Shown: one piece after another, positions 61,656 to 64,000 of the stretch
How positions within the stretch are numbered: position 1 is the stretch's first letter
How the letters are laid out: each line of letters opens with the position of its first letter
Assembly (NCBI GenBank): GCA_002691045.1
Contig: NZGN01000018.1
Coordinates: 14,785 to 78,784, forward strand
Reading direction: 5' to 3'
From: Marinovum sp.
GTDB lineage: Bacteria > Pseudomonadota > Alphaproteobacteria > Rhodobacterales > Rhodobacteraceae
DNA: 64,000 nucleotides
The notes under the pieces: generated by a model
Seen by the model: only the letters and a program-made list of their open reading frames with translations
Told to the model about the DNA's origin: nothing
Databases searched by the model: none
Position numbers and translations under genes: made by a program

Positions 61656-62195
61656 TTAATTACTCCCCTTGTCAGGTTGGGGTGCAATTTTATCACCTCG
61701 GTCATAAGCTTCCCAACCATGCCCATCAAACAAATCTACACCGAGTTGCGCTGCAACATGTGCGAAATCAACATTGACCCAATTGTCTACTATTTTGCCG
61801 TCAATAACTTTCCAGAAATCCATATAACGAATTTCTATTCGTTTGCCCGTTGCAGCGATCCCAAGGAATTCACCAGTATGGGTTGCCTCTTGTCGTCCAA
61901 ATGCAGCACCCCACTCGCCCATAAAGATACGTCCTTCATCAATACATACCTTATCTGAGAAGGCTGCCTGAAAAGGTCGTTGCCAATTGTCTTGAAATTC
62001 CTTCAAACCAATTTTTGTTCCACAACCTTGGTTACCCATCCAACGGAAATTATCAGAAAAAAATTCGCCAATATCATCTATCCTATGATCATTTAAGCCA
62101 TCAACCATTTCCTCAATGATCCGACGCGTTTCATCGGTTTTTGTAAGATCAGTATTCTTTGTAAGCGCTGCTTGTTTTGGACGTGAACCCTTCAT
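61656..62195 (-). CDS. Single SnoaL-like (ester cyclase) protein
   Basis: [36 protein letters not shown]...[11 protein letters not shown] motifs. Confidence 0.85.
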   Translation of the reverse strand: MKGSRPKQAALTKNTDLTKTDETRRIIEEMVDGLNDHRIDDIGEFFSDNFRWMGNQGCGTKIGLKEFQDNWQRPFQAAFSDKVCIDEGRIFMGEWGAAFGRQEATHTGEFLGIAATGKRIEIRYMDFWKVIDGKIVDNWVNVDFAHVAAQLGVDLFDGHGWEAYDRGDKIAPQPDKGSN

Positions 62196-62268
62196 TGATT
62201 TCTACCTTTTCCAATCACTAGCTCAATATCGTTTAATATCTTTGGTAACTCTAATTCTCTAAAACAGT

Positions 62269-63150
62269 TCATCCCTTTACTGCCCCTGCAGTAAGTCCGC
62301 TAACTATTTGCCTTTGGAAAAACATCACAAGAATGAAAAGTGGCGCTGCTGCAGAAACAACAGCCGCGACAGCAAACATCACATTTCCTTCAGTATAAGT
62401 TGTACCTAAAAAGGCAGCAATTTGAGGTACCATGGTGCGGTTATCCTCAGAAAGTAACATCGATGTTATTGCAAAATCATTATAAGCTAACAGAAAGCTA
62501 AAAAGGCCCGTAGTGATGACGCCGGGCCACATCACTGGGATGATCACAAGGCGAAAAGCTTTGAACTGAGAACAGCCGTCCACCTTGGCACTTTCATCAA
62601 GTTCCTTTGGTATATTTTGAAAGAACGAGTGTAACATCCACAGGGTGAAGGGTTGGTTAATTGCCACCAAAACGATTATTGTCGTTGGTAAAATGCCCCA
62701 AACATTCCATTCAAAAAATGGCAGCATATAACCAGAAACGAGTGTAATGGGCGGCATTGCTCGAAAAATTAAAGCCGCAATTAGCAAAATAAGTGTATAG
62801 CGATAACCAGAGCGTGATAATGCATAACCACCCAGTGTTCCAATGGTAAGTGACGTACAGACAACGAAAAAACAAACGATAAAAGTATTTATAACGTTCC
62901 GCCAAAACTCTTCTTTTATCCAAGCCCCTTCATAACCAGCGTCTGTAAAAGGTTGACCATATTCAGCTATCGTTCGCTCACCAGTCAGAGCGTTCGTCCA
63001 GTTTGCCACCGAGAAAAAATCAAGCTCAACCTTGAAGCTGCCCCAAAATGTCCAAACAAATGGAAAGGCCGCGATTAATAACCAAAGTGCGGCAAAGATA
63101 TATATAATAATTCGAAGACTTAATGAGCGCCTTTTGGAAGCAATTGTCAT
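62269..63150 (-). CDS. Carbohydrate (CUT1) ABC permease, MalG-like
   Basis: EAA loop FFQNIPKELDESAKVDG, GYALSR and C-terminal QRQIVSGLTAGAVKG. Confidence 0.92.
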   Translation of the reverse strand: MTIASKRRSLSLRIIIYIFAALWLLIAAFPFVWTFWGSFKVELDFFSVANWTNALTGERTIAEYGQPFTDAGYEGAWIKEEFWRNVINTFIVCFFVVCTSLTIGTLGGYALSRSGYRYTLILLIAALIFRAMPPITLVSGYMLPFFEWNVWGILPTTIIVLVAINQPFTLWMLHSFFQNIPKELDESAKVDGCSQFKAFRLVIIPVMWPGVITTGLFSFLLAYNDFAITSMLLSEDNRTMVPQIAAFLGTTYTEGNVMFAVAAVVSAAAPLFILVMFFQRQIVSGLTAGAVKG

Positions 63151-63998
63151 TTGGCTTTCTCCATAAAGTCTCGCCACGTTCTTCTTAAGACTGGTAGCAA
63201 AAGGATCGTCACCCCAATTATTGTCAGAACTGACGTTGCAGATGCCGAAGATAACTGGCGAGTTTCGCCACCTAGATCATTAAAAATAAACCAGCTTAGA
63301 CTCTGAGCATGCGCTGATGCATTGAAACCAACAATAGGTTCAAATACTCTAAAATTATCCATCAATTGAATGAGCGCTACAAAAGAGACTAACGGCATTA
63401 AGTGCGGAAGAACGACGTATCGAACCTGCTGGGTTCGCGTTGCGCCATCAATTTGTGCAGCTTCTAATTGATCAGCTGGCAAAGTTTGCAAACCCGCATA
63501 GAAAATAACAAATGCGAACGGTGCAGCGTGCCATACTCCATAGACGATAAGAGAAATCCACATTAAGCCGGTCGACGCTTTCAAAGACAAATTAGGATCG
63601 GCAAAAATCCACTGTATGGCAGATCCCAATACCCCGCGGCTATCTATCATCCAAAATAGAACAAGCGCTCCGATCAGTGGTGTTATCACAAAAGGTAAAA
63701 GAGAAAAAAATACAACGACACCTTTAACTCTTTCATGGAGTGCATTTACGTTTAGTGCAACCAAGAACCCGACAATAACAACAAGCGGCGTAACGATAAA
63801 AGTAAAGGTAAGAGTAAAAGCCATTGCTCTGTAAAATGGCAAGTTGCCGAGCTTTTTAAAAAATTCGTTGAAATTTGTGGAGCTAGACCAGCTCTCTTTT
63901 ACTTCTGATATCGCCAAATGGCCTCGATCGCTAAATATCTCCAAACCAATGAAACGACCAATTGGTTTTTCTTCCCGTAATTCTCTTGTAGCCTCTTG
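63147..63998 (-). CDS. Carbohydrate (CUT1) ABC permease, MalF-like, 5' end beyond the window
   Basis: AGLQTLP..QLEAAQIDGA and MDNFRVFE motifs. The frame stays open to the window edge (QEATRELREEKPIGRFIG...). Confidence 0.9.
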   Translation of the reverse strand, partial: QEATRELREEKPIGRFIGLEIFSDRGHLAISEVKESWSSSTNFNEFFKKLGNLPFYRAMAFTLTFTFIVTPLVVIVGFLVALNVNALHERVKGVVVFFSLLPFVITPLIGALVLFWMIDSRGVLGSAIQWIFADPNLSLKASTGLMWISLIVYGVWHAAPFAFVIFYAGLQTLPADQLEAAQIDGATRTQQVRYVVLPHLMPLVSFVALIQLMDNFRVFEPIVGFNASAHAQSLSWFIFNDLGGETRQLSSASATSVLTIIGVTILLLPVLRRTWRDFMEKAK

Positions 63999-64000
63999 AT

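Noticed and set aside
60344-61729. Calling this gene hisD or hpsN with the 461-aa start
   Set aside because: The extension overlaps the upstream SnoaL gene, while ATG 61654 has an RBS. Pocket motifs and context fit neither histidine biosynthesis nor the hps cluster.

Overview
An AT-rich, tightly packed 64-kb chromosomal segment. Gene content and order (rpoE-chrR, mcl1, class I lysS, TIGR02300, DUF2125, NDUFS4-like subunit) point to a genome-streamlined marine Rhodobacteraceae (Roseobacter group). Left to right: a saccharopine (LKR/SDH) gene pair; a singlet-oxygen module (rpoE-chrR divergent from a ufaD/ufaO-like, MFS, SDR operon, with two back-to-back RpoE promoters visible); housekeeping genes (pmbA, mutL, rmuC, uvrB, lysS, nadD, ettA, accA, mcl1); a De Ley-Doudoroff galactose cluster; tRNA-Arg; a CocE/NonD hydrolase with a peptide-type ABC transporter; a small accessory islet between tRNA-Gln and tRNA-Ala; dgcN-dgcA-dat; and glycine-riboswitch-controlled gcvTHP. 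The best candidate for an undescribed system is at 55.1-64.0 kb. It is a co-oriented catabolic cluster containing a sugar-type ABC transporter, three SnoaL/NTF2-like proteins, a HisD/HpsN-like dehydrogenase with an altered substrate pocket, a LacI regulator, a bicupin and a MetE/epoxyalkane:CoM-transferase-like zinc enzyme. It runs off the window edge. No CRISPR array, rRNA, integrase or transposase was seen. All family assignments come from motif recognition by eye, not database searches.
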